Counted from the first letter of the stretch, positions 23,891-37,861 are shown. The stretch is 64,000 nt of DNA from Octopus vulgaris (GCA_951406725.2 OX597817.1:112220001-112284000); one strand, 5' to 3'. Program-made: numbers and translations. The notes: generated by a model from the sequence alone, not told the origin.

Positions 23891-26729
23891 TATATATACA
23901 TACCTAGAATAGCTATCAACAATGTACTTTTGTGATAAGCTTCCTTCAAACCGAAACATTTCAAAATCATAAGCATGCATAATAGATCCGTTCATAATGA
24001 CTTGTTAGTATTCACACAAATAAGCATTATGTCCCAATAATCGCGAGTCAGTTAGCGAATTCGCTGAAACCTTGATCATGTCACTATGTCCTCTATTTTC
24101 TCTATCCCAGGTAGAATGGCTGTAATTCCAAAAATAGTTTCTCGTAAAACATGAACCGGTGACAAAATTGAATTTTGGGGGTTGGAGTTGTTCAGTGTGT
24201 AAATGTTCAGGCGCTCAATGTGCCGTTAGAACAGGCTTTGTAGAAAAATTAACACCTGTCCATTCAAATTAAGATAATGCACATTTGATGGCTTGTTTGT
24301 TGAAAACTAGTCCATTTATAGTAGCTATATATATACGATTGCTATTTAGAATAAATTACTTTTATACGACATAGCTGATACCTGTCCATTTGCGGAAAAT
24401 CATTTTCACAATATCTCACAAGTCCTTTTGATTCTTTCTCATCAAGGTGAAAGAATAGAGATTAACGAGAAAGCGGTCTCATAGTTACTGTAGCAAAGAT
24501 ACGTTTCCTTGTATTATGTGAATTTCTTCAAGAATGCACTGTTGTATTTGTATAACTTGGTTTCATGCAATTCGTGCCAATCGTTGTCACCTAGTATTCT
24601 ATTGTCTTCAAGAAAGTCTTTAATGTTTAAAAATATTACTTTCAATTTTTTCTTTGTCGGTTGTTTTATGATGGTAGAAGTGTAAACTCAAATTACTGAA
24701 CAAAACAGAGTAGTGGTGGTGGTGATAAATATACTGTTTTATAAGTTCCAAGAGGATAAATGAAACGGAAAGGGTTAAGAACCCCTACTATACACATTCT
24801 ACTTTTCCTTTGTTATATTTTAGTTCGTTAAACAGTCCTAATTCAGTTATTGACATCCTCGGTCAAATTCAGAGGAAGAGCAACCAACTTACCAAGGATG
24901 CGTTTCTTATTCTTTATTCAACACACTGACTTTCCTGTGATTTGTCGGTGTTCTCCAGCAGTGAATATTGTTTTTTTTTCCATGACCCTTACTCTTTATG
25001 GCTCAAACAAACTACATCAATTCTTCTTGGTATGGACATACCACTAATGTAAAATAATTTCCAAATCCACACTGTTCTGGAACAGTCTCCTTGCTGTGTA
25101 ATTCAGATAGATAGTGACATATTGAATAACCTACGAATTAAGTTCTAAATAGAACGAATTTTTCCTCTTAGTTTTTAAAAACAAAAATAGTGGCAATTGT
25201 TAATAACTCTCAAAGAGAAGGGAGACAAATTTCAAGAAATTAAGCAATAACTTTACAGAAAATTGAATTTATGCTTTAGGGAAAATCCTGGCCGTTGTTA
25301 GCGGGCGAAGTGACAATTACAGACATGTTTAACTATAGTTAGAGCTTATCAAAAGCTAGTATAACCTAGAGCCCTAAATCTCAATAAAGCCCCAACAAAT
25401 GTTTCTACAATTTTAACCAAGCAATGGACTGTTCTTCAGAAATACATTTTCATCCACTTAGACAAAAGTATTGTATGTAGATTGTTGTTGTTGTTTAATC
25501 CCAGTTCAACCTTGATCGAACAGACCTACGATCAAAAGTATTTCAGTCGAGACCACCCTATCTTTTTAGGAGTATCCGGGACTACAGAATCTATTATACC
25601 CTTTCCTCAAATAAAACGGTAGGGTCTATTCTGAGGTAGATTTGCTTCAATTTTTAGTAGGTCGATCAATCACGTGGTGGCAGTCATGGATGACCTCTGG
25701 CACAAGGGACTTTTTGAATGATACACCTAACAAAAAAAAAAAAAAATTAACTTAAACTTTTTTTTAGTAGTGCGGCCCCTCTAATGATGAGCCATCTCAT
25801 GCGGCCTGCTTCTTGATAAAGGTTGCCTGTGCCTGACGTAGAAACGTTTTTGATGGCTCGTTTAGCAATTATCTTTATGACAGGTGTATTGCTAAAAGGA
25901 TTAGGTAGCGGCTATTAGACATTGGCTCACGGTGTCAAATCATATCTGGTATAGATGTTTTATAGAGTCTCAAAGTAAGACACAAAGTATTACATCAAGT
26001 TATAAAAATTAGATACTAGGCTTTCTGGTAAAAGTTATTCTTCTACTGGATAACACCTGCATTATGCCACAACTTAGCGCTACACGAACTTTTAATTATA
26101 GTTAACTGTATATCACTCTATAATTAAGGCATATTAACAACAAATTAGTTTAGCTACCAAATACTGTGCGTTAGCTGTTGTGTGTAATTATTTCAAATGT
26201 TTATCTCCTGTTAGTTTTCACTGTGCAGTTGACAGCGGAAAGTTTAAACTGTGGGAGGAGATGTATCTAATATAAACACAAGCGTCGTTTGTTCTTTCTT
26301 TTAAGTACATCTTATTAGTTCGTTGGCTGGTGTTCCATGTTAGACGCCATCAATATATATCTGATACTGCATATGTTTATCAAGAGAAGCAAAACAAAAA
26401 GTAAAAAATGCAAACAAAACAAACGAAGATGACAACTGAAGTCAGAACATTGATCCTAAATGACTACAAGCTGGAACCTGTTCGAACATCGACCGTTTTG
26501 TTGATAGAGTTTGTTATTAACTTCAACGGCGAAACCATGAAATGTTAATAATTCAAATTCAAAACATTTTTATCAATAAAATGGGAACACCACGAAGTGA
26601 CGCAAGTTATTCGTAGTTTGATAATTTGATATGGATTGATCGGATGACCGTTCTGACTGTTGACTGAAGGTCCACCGGCCATATGCCAGTTACTGTCATT
26701 ATGCCTGTCCTTATAAACAAGATACATAA

Positions 26730-27345
26730 CCTGAAAAAACTGCGTATCTCGGGTACTCGTGCTCCGATTTACGCAAAATTTGTTTTATTCTGTTTGTATT
26801 CATATTTCAATGGTACCTTACTTTCAAAGTATTTTCACATTATGCGTCCTTTTGGCTGTATTAAATTACAGAAAAAAAAAAAACACACAAGGAAGCACGC
26901 AAGCAGGCAATCCATAAAGGTACCCGAAAAAACCGCGTATCTCGGGAACCCGTGGTACGATTTAGGCAAAACTTGTCTTGTTCCATTTGTATTTCCATTT
27001 CAGGGGCACTTTACTTTCAGACTATTTTCCCATTATTAGCTAGTTTGGCCGTATTAAATTACAGACAAGCATGCACGCAAGGAAGCACGCAAACAAAACT
27101 ATCACAGTTAAGGGCAATAACTTCAGGTTTCACTGCTTAAATTTGTGTCTCCCCCCACCAAAAGCCCGTGTATCTTGGGAAGTCGTGGTCCGATCTACGC
27201 GAAACTTGTTTTATTCTGTTTGTATTCACATTTCAGGGACATACTTTCTTTCAGAGTATTTTCAAATTATGCACTGGTTTGGCTGTATTAAATTACAGAC
27301 AAGCACGCAAGCAAGCAATCATAGAGTTTTAGTGGTATATAAAAT
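26730..27345 (-). repeat. Three diverged ~190-230 bp tandem units resembling Helitron-type 5' ends
   Basis: gtatctcggg...cgattta...tttgtatt...tattaaattacaga...gcacgcaa recurs from ~26735, ~26927 and ~27160. Confidence 0.8.
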
Positions 27346-28319
27346 GCTACAAGTTTAATTTTCAGTGACTGTGACAGGTTTTAACATTTAACTTCAACTA
27401 AACATGATCATCGCTTTGGTGTACTGCCTACTTAGGGTAAACACTTGTGTGCTGAGAGTGCTCGGTGCTCCGTCTCCGAATGCAGGAGTTGATGTCACAT
27501 CAAGCAGTGAAGCAGCTCTATATGTGTTTCGTTCTCTTCTATCGCGACTTCAGATCAGCCCGGAGTCACCCAACGGCGTAGGCGACAAAAGCCCCCGCTC
27601 AATGACATAAGTTTAGTTGAGTCATATGTTGCGTCTGTGGGCCAAATGTTTCTACCGCCCTCAGCGCTCGTTGTTGCTGCACCACTCGTCCTCTCTCTTG
27701 AGTCAGATATAATGAATTTATTTTGTTGGCCCACAAAATGTCCTTACATTTTCTATAGATTGTAAGCCGTTATATGAAGAGAAAACACGTTTCTTGTGAT
27801 AATGCTTTGTCACAGTTGTACAAACATGTCAGAATTAATACATTGTCTTCACGCCCATGCATGCATATTCCAGCATCAGCTAACTTGTGAATTTGGGAAG
27901 CGCAAGATCTTTATTCAAAACACGTTTCTAAACTTGTTAGTTACTGCCATCATCTTAATTCATTTCATCAACCAATATAACAAAACAGAGCACCATTTTT
28001 CTTGGTCTCAAAATTTGCCAAAAACGTAATCCTTCATTCCTGCAGTTGAAGGGTCTTCACATTCCTGCTCTCACGTTTGTTAAGTAAATGATGCAACCAA
28101 TCTTTGCCTGCATTTTCATTTTTCGTCCAAAACTGGAATATCCTCAAGTCGACTTATATATACAAATGCCAAAATCCTGACCTTCTTTGAGTTAAAGTGC
28201 TACTTCATATTCTAACAATAGTAGTTACACCGATACATGTGCTTACGCCGGAACATGTAGCACTTAGACTTAAAAATAAGCTCACATACATGCAGACGAA
28301 CACACACGCCAAGATAGAT

Positions 28320-28472
28320 ATACGACGGGCTTCTTTCAGTTTCGGTCTACCAAATCCATCCACAAGGCTTTAGTCGGCTCGAGGTTATAGTAGAAGACAC
28401 TTGCCCGAAAGACTGCTCTCGGAACCATGTGGTTGGGAAGCAAGCTTCTTACCACACAGTCACGCCTGCGCC
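28320..28472 (-). mobile_element. SINE family A, 5' half
   Basis: Aligns to 11430-11594. Confidence 0.85.
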
Positions 28473-29407
28473 TATGAGGCATTTTGTTTTTATTTCACTA
28501 ACATAGCTAGCGACCCCAGGAAAAAATTTTTATAGAATTCCATTTGCTTATAAATTCCTATTCTAATGCATAGTAAAGGTTACCCATTTAAGGAACAAAG
28601 ATCAACCTATCAAGCCCGTGACACAGTTTCGTTTCAATTCTCTGTTTATTACTTACTGTTATTTTTTATTGCCTATGAAACATTTATGAATGATGGACTA
28701 ATAAATCGACGAAATCATAAAATCCCCAATATTCTCCCTCGCCGTGTGCTTTAGTAAGTGCAAGACAGTAATTAATCCAGATATTGAACAGTTATTAGAT
28801 ATCTTTTACATGAAACTTCACACTAAAGCACAATACTTTCTGATTGAATCATCTAAGTTTGCATGGTCGTATGGTAAAGAAGTTCGTTTCACATTCACGT
28901 AGTCCCGGGTTCGGTCTTACTACATGGCATCTTGAGCAAAAATCTTCTACCATAGCTTTGGGTTAATTTGAATTTTTGGAGTAAAATTGAGTTGCTGGAA
29001 ACAATGCAGAAGACCGTCGGATGGATTCGATTTGTTCTTGAATGGTTGAGTTAATTCAACTTGCGGATTAATAAGCTCACCGGCTGAGTCTTGGCTTCTT
29101 CCAGCAGGAGGTACTGCGATGCAACCGTTCGAACTCGATCATTCAGGGATTTGATCTCAATTATCATTTGAAGACTTGAGTTTATTTAAAACGAAATACT
29201 TTTTGGTAACAACACAACAGAATGACTAAGGGGAATATTAAAATCTGTTGCTATAGATAAACTTCATCTTTCCGGAACGATGAAAAGATGAATGTCCCGA
29301 TATTTTCAAGCTGTATTTGAAAAGTGACAGACAACGGGATTATCAGCTTTAAAATCATTTAGGATATACTGAACCAAAACAAACTAGATCTGTTACCTTT
29401 TGTATTA

Positions 29408-29605
29408 TACTTGCTTCAGTTATTAGACTGAGGCAATGCTGTAGCACCACTTTGAAGGGTTTTAGTCGAACGAATCGGCTACAGTACTTACGTATATTTT
29501 TAAAGCCTGCTACTTAATTTATCAGTTCGGAGAAAAAGCAATCCCATTTGTCCAGCAGTGGTGGGGGACAAGCACAAACATCAACACACATAGGTATGTA
29601 CATAT

Positions 29606-29669
<64 letters not shown>

Positions 29670-29825
29670 CTACGGTGGGATTCTTTCAGCTTTCGTCTGT
29701 CAAATCCATTCACAAGCCTGAGGATTTTAGTAGGAGACACTTGCCCAAGGTGCTAGGCAGTGGGACTGAACACAAGACCACATGGTTGGGAAGTAAGTTT
29801 CTTACCACAGTGTCACGCTTGCGTG
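29408..29825 (-). mobile_element. SINE family A copy
   Basis: Tail, (CA)n and head all present. Confidence 0.85.
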
Positions 29826-30239
29826 TACACTAATAATTCTAAAATATGCAGCTTATGTGTTGCGGAGAATTTTTTAATTCTGAATAAACTCAAGCCTCCA
29901 GATGATTACATAAACAAAAACTCAGGTACTTTTGCCAAATGTAGACATTAACAAAATCATTCTAGCAAATTATAATTTAAGAAATGGAGCCTGATTACAT
30001 AGAAAATGTTCTACTGTTGATTTGTGTGCGCACTTATACAGGTGGGTGCATGTATTGCGTAAGCCAAAGCGGAAGTTGGTAACGCACTGCTATAGATAGA
30101 TAAATAATACACCTGGAGAAAACCTTTCAGAGTAAACCACTCGAATTACTTTCATCTAAATAATGGTTTTTAGAAACGTAGTGGGTTTATCTACAATATT
30201 AAAATGATATGATAGTAATATTTATCTAGTATAAATCTT

Positions 30240-30435
30240 TAAAACACCGGGTAAAATGCTTAACGGCATTTCGTCCGTCTTAACGTTCTGAATTTAAATT
30301 TCGTCGAGTGACTTTGCCTACTATCTCTTTCAGGGTCGATAAAATAATTACCAGCTGAGGACTGGGGGGTCGATGTAATCCACTTACCCCTCTCCTGAAC
30401 TTGCTGGCCTTGTGCCAATATTTGAAACCAATATT
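30240..30435 (+). mobile_element. SINE family C
   Basis: aaatgcttaacggcatttcgtcc...gggtcgataaaataattaccag. Confidence 0.8.
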
Positions 30436-31068
30436 TATCTACTATATTATGATAATATGCTACTGTGATGTATCTGCTATATTATGGTAAATGTATTATC
30501 TCTATGCAACGCATTGAGTGCTCTCATTTTTTCCAGCGTAAAAATTTCAAGTAATTAGTTTCCTCTCACGATTTTTTACTGTTGAGATTTGAGACTTTAC
30601 ATATAAGTAAAGATTATTCCAGATCACATTATATAATATTACATTAAGGATACAGGTTGTGAGTTTATGCCATTTGATGATCACGAAAGAGTCTTCGGTA
30701 CAATTGATGACAATATCCCCCCCCCCCCCAAAAAAAAAAGAAAAAGAAAAAAGAAGAGAAATATTCTTTTTCTTCCTTGTTTCAATAAGAGAAAGAGACC
30801 TGCAGCTGATTGAAGTAAGAAAATATGAGAATATTGTCGTAGCAATTGAATCGTTAGGTATTGCTGCATTTACTAATCACCTTTTCGAGACTGCTTATGT
30901 GGAAACTCATCTGAAGCAGTCAAATAGGTTTGTGGATTCTTTTGTTCTTTTACTTGTTTCAGTCATGAGACTGCAGCTATGCTGGAGCACCACCTTTAAG
31001 TCGAACAAACCGACCACAGGTCAAAACTAATCCAGAAGGAGTACAGATAACGCTATGACAAAGTTGCA

Positions 31069-33730
31069 CAGGGGGTACTCTAATCGCACAGGGGACCAAA
31101 ACTCAAAGCGCACCTTAGGTCGCAGACCGAACAAGATAAACATTTATTGAACAGACTAAACCTTTTTGAACATGAACATGTATTGAAACAGATGGTATAT
31201 AATTTTATTTAGAAAAAAATTAACTTTAACGTAAATTGCCTAAAATATTTTGCTCTGCATAAAAATATCTCCTGTCAAAATTATAAAAATTTAAAATAAG
31301 AACAAGTTGCACAAAATTAAAATAAAATATAAATAAGAAAATGTGCTTTTTAGTGAAAATTAAAATAATAAATAAAAACTTTCACTTTTCTTTATGCAAT
31401 TTTGTCCGAGCTATATACTAGGCATCTTTTCTTGGTAATTTAGTTCATTGATGTTTGGGGTAAGGTTCTGTGTTGTCGAGACTCTCAGAATGGATTGCAG
31501 GGGTCCATCTGTGAGACGTTTTATTCATCTTCATCACAGAGAACAGCTGCTCGCACAGATATGTGATTCCAAACAAAAACAGCGTTGGAGCTGCATGTAA
31601 ACGGACCTGGGGAATTGCTTCAGTCATGAAGCGAGTGAACTGTGCGGGCCCCACAGAGTCGTACTTTACTTTTAATGTCCCATTACACTGCAGTTCTATC
31701 AGCTCCATTTGAATCTGTACAGGCGCAGTTTCCCCGTTGACGGCAAATAGGTTGCGAAGCAGATCGAAATTATTTTTCTGTGCTTTAAAGTCACTAAAGC
31801 GCCGTGCGAATTCAGTGCGGTGCGCACTCAATTTATCAGCAAAGTGTTGCTTTGGGAATACCGTGGCGTTGACTTGGCTCAACATTACTTGGCAACAGGG
31901 AAAGTGAGACAAGTTCAATTGGTGCATTTGTGTCTCCCATAAGCGCAGCTTCACTTGAAATATCTTCACTGCGTCGTACATATCACAGATCATGCGATCC
32001 CGTCCCTGGAGTTTAAAACATTGAGATGCGCAGTTATGTCAACCAGAAACACCAACTCGCATTTCCACTTTTCATTCCACAGATCTTTGGATTCTTTTCC
32101 TTTACTATCCATGAATTGACCTATCTCCTCAACCCCCACAAAAACTGTATTGAGGACCTTTCCCAGACTGAGCCACCGCACCTCCGAATGATAAGGCACG
32201 TCAGCGAACTCTGAATGTATTTCCCGCAGGAAAGACTGAAATTGGCGGTGATTTAACCCTTTGGATCGCATAAAGTATACGGTTTGCGTTACAGTGCTTG
32301 TTACATTCCCATTTTAAAGGCTTTAGCGCACAGCGTTTCCTGGTGTATGATGCAGTGATATGTTGTCAACTCACCAGCGCAGTTATCTTCGTGCATCTTT
32401 AAACGTATCCTACACACTAGTCCACTTTTATTCCCGCACATCGCCGGTGCTCCATCTGTTGTAAGTTCAACAAGTTTGTCCCAAGACATTTTCATGTCAG
32501 TTATACTCTAACGTATTTTTTTCAAAGAGGTCTTTTCTTCTTGTTGTCCCGTGCATCGATTTGATGTCCAAAATTTCCTCCATGACGAACAATTTGGAGT
32601 CTACTCCACGGATGAAGATAGTCAGCTGTGCCGTATCAGTCGTGTCCGTAGTCTCATCCACAGCAAGAGAGTATGCAACAAAATCTTTTCCTTTTTCAAT
32701 CAACTGTTTTCAAATCAGAGGCCATCTCAAACACCCGATCAGCAACCGTATTTCTGATAATACTCACATTAGCAAACAGTTGCTTCTTGTCTGCACACAA
32801 AACATTATACATTTTTATCATGCAGCTCTCCACAAACTCTCCTTCGGTAAATGGCTAGGCTGATTTTGCGATCTCCTCTGTCACAATAAAACTTGCTTTA
32901 ATAGCAGCTTCATTTTGTAATTTTGCTTTGGTTAAAAAAAAAAGGTCTGTTGTGATGTGAGCTTTTCTTCAACTCATCTACCTTTCGTTGTTTCTGCTCA
33001 GCAGGGAGGTATTTATACCTGTCGTGATGGTTTGTCTCATAGTGGCGTTTGAGATTATACTCTTTAAGTACAGCAACATTTGCACCACAATTAAGACACA
33101 CGGGTTTGCCCTCAATGTCAGTAAACATGTACTCGGTTTCCCACCGGATTTTAAAGGCTCTGTTTTCAGCATCGACTTTTCTCTTGGCCATTGATATAGA
33201 TAGTTACTACTACTGAATGACGTCACGTGAAAAGGATCACCGAAAGACCGGTAAGGCGGCTGTTGCGGTGCATTATGGGATTAGTAGATTTTGCGCCATC
33301 AGCGCTTCACAACACGCGATTAGAGAATTGAAGGAGGCGTTTCCCAGCATGCTTTGTTGCATTTACAGTTAAGACTTGTGACTGTGTTACCATGCCTCTT
33401 TAATGTGTTTTTTGTACAGACAGGGTGTAATAGTTACAGTGGTGTTGTTTCTAGTCGTGTAATAAATTATTGCTACTTTTGGGGACACACTTAGTAAGAA
33501 AGGTAGTGCAGTCAGTGTTATATGTAATGTAGTGGCCTGCTTTAGCCACACACTATGTATGTGTAGTTGTAATAAGAAGGCATGGGTGTTGCTGAGGGCA
33601 GCAAAGAATTCTATTCGCTGATGCCGCCATTTGGACTAATTCCATGTTGATATCAAAATGGTCTCGTGGGCCGGATGAAATTGCTGCACGAGCCGGAAGT
33701 GGCCCGCGGGCTGGGAATTTGACATGTCTG
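31069..33730 (-). mobile_element. Near-complete hAT DNA transposon (GTF2IRD2/SPIN/Buster-like), frameshifted transposase at ~33191-31445
   Basis: Zinc-finger CLNC..LKRHYETNH; AYSLAVDETTD; TTDGAPAM; HCIIHQE; VRWLS; TYLCEQLFS. Both ends start with CAG; the right flank atctacac fits a Charlie/Buster-type target. Confidence 0.93.
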
Positions 33731-34140
33731 ATCTACACAGATAAGAAGCTGCAACACAGTCGATCAGATATCACTCTCCTATGGAAGGAGACCAAAGAAT
33801 GGGTCTCCATTGACGTAGCGGTATCTGCAAATCAAAAGAACGTGAAAACAGAATAAGAAAGCCGAAAGTGTCAAGGAATGACATCTCAGTTGGAACACTT
33901 TCATAGAGACACAAGAGTGGGCGTAATATCCATCGTAACTGGAGTACCCGGAACCATCTCAAAGAAAAAAAAAACAAAAAAACCTAGCATGAGAAATTGG
34001 AACTACCAGACATTCTTGGTAGAACACAGATAGTGGTCATACTTGGAACAGCGCAGGTGTTGACGAAAGAGTTACATGTATAAACTGCGGAGAGGTATGA
34101 CATAGATAACACAGAAGAGCAAAACCGTAGAGAATTGCAA
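33731..34140 (+). mobile_element. 3' RLE fragment of an R4-like LINE, followed by (TAG)n
   Basis: IYTDKKLQHSRSDITL...VSIDVAV; terminal LGTAQVLTK; (TAG/CAG)n at 34141-34196. Confidence 0.75.
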
Positions 34141-34837
34141 TAGTAGTAGTAGCAGCAGCAGCTGTAGTAGTGGTAGTGGTGTTAGTAGTAGTAGTATATT
34201 TATTGAATTACTCTTGGTATCTCAAATTTATTTTTCTTCTTGTTTGGTTATATATTGCCCGAAGTTTCTAACCAAGGAAAATTAACGTTAAATTTGGTGA
34301 TGCATAAATGGACGACAGCTGGTTAAACTCAGCAAACGAATGTCATTTTTTTTGTTTTTTTAAGAGACAATATATTTGTATAGTCAACCTATTGTGTTTC
34401 TTTCTCATCACTGTTTGATATAAGTAAAACTACGTCTTCAAATTTAGTAATGTACTCAACATGAATTAAAATAGATTTTATTGACTTATTTGTCTTTGGC
34501 TTTTGAGCGCAGTTTATTTATGCAGCGAAATGTAGATGACAAGGAGTGTTTAGATATCATTCCGTCATATTTGATCCGTTAGAAGGAAAAATAAAAATCC
34601 AAGCGAAGCTGGCAACTAGCAACAGACTTGTTCAAGCACGTCAGTAATGATGCAGCGTTTAATTAAACAATAATTGCCGGGACAACTGAACTATAGATAA
34701 GAGTATGTATGTATGTATGTATGTATGTATGTATGTATGTATGTATGTATGTATGTATGTATGTATGTATGTATGTATGTATGTATGTATGTATGTATGT
34801 GTGTGTGTGTGCGTGGGTGCGTGCGTGTGTGTGTGTA

Positions 34838-34875
<38 letters not shown>

Positions 34876-34921
34876 TATGTATGTATGTATGTATGTATGT
34901 ATGTATGTATGTATGTATGTA

Positions 34922-35137
34922 CGAGGGGTGCTGAAAAGTTCCTGACTTTGGGTAATAAAAAATTCAAGAGGATGAGTTAATTATGATTTTATTTGACATA
35001 TTCCCCTCTCAGATTCACACACTTATTGCAGCGGTCCTTCAGTTTTTCTAAACCCTGTAAAATAACTCGGAAGGCTGGGCCTCCAAATAAGCCATTCGAG
35101 ATAGCCTTAAAGCCAGGAACTTTTCAGTACCCCCTCG
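34922..35137. mobile_element. Mariner-type MITE (216 bp) inside (TATG)n
   Basis: TIRs cgaggggtgctgaaaagttcctg and caggaacttttcagtacccctcg; TA on both sides. Confidence 0.9.
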
Positions 35138-35989
35138 TATGTATGTATGTATGTATGTATGTATGTATGTATGTATGTATGTATGTATGTATGTATGTAT
35201 GTATGTATGTATGTATGTATGTATGTATGCAAGTACTACGTACGTATGTATCTGTGTACATACGTATACGTGTGTACGCTTATTTATGTGTTTATGCATG
35301 TAAGCACGTAGGTTTATGTATGTGATCTCTTTCGGACGAATCCTTTCAGATCACAAAAACTAACTGATAACATTAAACAGATAATATAACAATAACTAAG
35401 CATGTTTGGGACCTACAAACTTCGATAGCAATAGCTGTTTGAAAACATCCATGTCTATAATAAACAGTTGTCATCTTATAAAGTGCTCCCCAAAATTAAC
35501 TGTATTGTAATATTACTGGCAGATTCTGGATCACATGACAAATAGGAAACTCGACTATTATAGGTTAAAGAACGTGAAAAGAAATTAAAATGAAAACTTA
35601 GTTATCAGTGCGTACGCGCGCACACAAGTAAATATGTCTACAGAAATACACATAAAAATAAAGAAATGCCGCTAAGCATTTCCCCCACGCTTTAACAATT
35701 CTGGTTAGTCATCTGCCATTATAGTGTTCGGTGTTGTCTATTTTTTATTAAGAATATTTCATATTCCCAACTCAATTATTTTTCGTTCAAAAATACGATT
35801 CCATACTTTAAACCAGGCATATGCTTTGTGATGGACATACAAGTATGGATGAGAGATCGAGAAGTTCATTTTCCTACCATTATAGTTCAGGATTCAAGTC
35901 CACTGAGTAGCGTTTTAGACACGTGGATTCTATGACAGCTGCGAGTTACCCAGTGTTTTGAAAGTGAAATTTGGTTGATGAACACTATT

Positions 35990-37820
35990 TAGAACACCAT
36001 GTAGACCTCCTCTTGAATTTATATTTGCTTTTCCTAGCGTGAAATCTTAAACGACTTTTGAGCCTTGAAAGGCGTTTAGAGAGCTCATCACATATACTGC
36101 AGCAATGTCTTATTTCAACATTGACCCTATTTTCCACTTGTTTATTATGAATGTTCAAGGGCCGCTTCAATCCTCCATGTGACTTGTAGGTTTTTGACAG
36201 ACATTGCATTGAAACTGGTAATTCAGAATGAAATTTCAATAGTTCGTGCATACCTTACCCACATGGGTACGCTCGTGCAATCTCATATCAGCGTGAGATA
36301 TATATACTTTTGTGCATAAAGAACATTTAAAGAAGGAGTAAGAAACTGACGCAACGTTATTGAAATTAATCTCATTTTTACGAAATTTGTTTTATTTTCA
36401 GTTCAGTGTGTCTAACTCTGTCAAGCTCAAATTCTTTATCACCGCTTCAAATCATAACTCTCCATGCTTACCTACGTACGTACGTATGTATGTATGTATG
36501 TATGTATGTATGTATGTATGTATGTATGTATGTATGTATGTATGTATGTATGTATGTACTACGTACGTATGTATCTGTGTACATACGTATACGTGTGTAC
36601 GTTTATTTATGTGTTTATGCAAGTAAGCACGTAGGTTTATGTTTATGCAAGTGATTCAAGACTTTTGTAGTATATTCTTTTATTCTTTTACTTGTTTCAG
36701 TCATTTGACTGCAGCCATGCTGGAGCACCGCCTTTAGTCGAGCAAATCGACCCGAGGACTTATTCTTTGTAAGCCTAGTATTTATCCTATCGATTTCTTT
36801 TGCCGAATCGCTAAGTAACAGGGAAGTAAATACACCAGCATCAGTTGTCAAGCGATGTTGGGGGCGGGGACACAGACACACAAACACACACTCGCACACG
36901 CACACACACACACGCACACACACACACACACACGCACACACACACAAATTGTTTGGGAATGCGCTCATCATTCATACGGATGAGATGCCCTGTCCATTGT
37001 AGTTGATTCCTAATAAACACGGTTTGGATTAATGTGATCCTATCTTCAACAAGAACCTCAGTGTCAGGAATGAGTAAGGAGCACTTTATTCTGTGTATGT
37101 GGCGGAGACATTTCTGGTGAAATCTTTCCAACATTTTTACATCACATATGTATATTGTCCAAATTTCAGAAGAAGGAATCAATTCAGGTAAAACAAATGA
37201 GACTCATACCATGATCTTGGTGTCAGCTTCAATACGGCACTGTGACCAGACTCTAGATTCTAGGCCGCCAAAAGATTTGGCTGCCTTTTCAATAAGAGAA
37301 GTAATTTTTGCATCTAGGTTTCCATCAACATCAGGTATTCAAAAAGAGTTACCAATTTAAAAATTATACCCATAACCAGTATTTGAGGTGCGAGGAATTG
37401 CGCTCTAGGGGCAGGTTGTTGCATTATAACAGTTTCATTCTCAAATTAATTATTAGACCAAATATGTCACACAAAGAATCAAATGCATTAATTTTGTTCA
37501 GTAAGCCTTGCTCAGTGCGACTTACTAGGTCACAATCGTCCGCGTATGAAAGATCACTTACCAAAGAAATAAAGTGAGATTAAACACGTTACCCGAAGAG
37601 TGGTATCGTATATAGATGCTATCTGATGAAGTTGCAGATGCATTTGAAAGCACAGCTGCAAAATATATGGAAAAGAGTGCGGGTGCTTCGAGATCACATT
37701 GCTTAACTCAACTTTCAACCGAAAATTTTTCCAACAGTATTCCACCAAAGTTAATCTGGGACTTTATATCCTTATAAAGAGCTCTGTGCTGGAGATTGTC
37801 GAATGCAAACGTACATATAT
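35990..37820 (-). mobile_element. Decayed RTE LINE interrupted by a SINE and microsatellites
   Basis: LSYADD at ~37535-37555; LERFHQKCLRHI...LQWTGHLIRMNDERIPKQ (ORF 36841-37182); C-terminal zinc-finger-like CSICDE..LKSRLRFH (ORF 35985-36251). Confidence 0.85.
36680..36890 (-). mobile_element. SINE family A, 3' half
   Basis: Near-identical to 11155-11345. Confidence 0.9.
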
Positions 37821-37830
37821 GCATGCATGC

Positions 37831-37861
<31 letters not shown>

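Noticed and set aside
25090-25460. Possible Penelope GIY-YIG remnant (also ~41640-41930)
   Set aside because: The similarity is too weak to support by eye.
31445-33191. Domesticated GTF2IRD2/ZBED host gene
   Set aside because: Multiple frameshifts and stops, with transposon ends retained.
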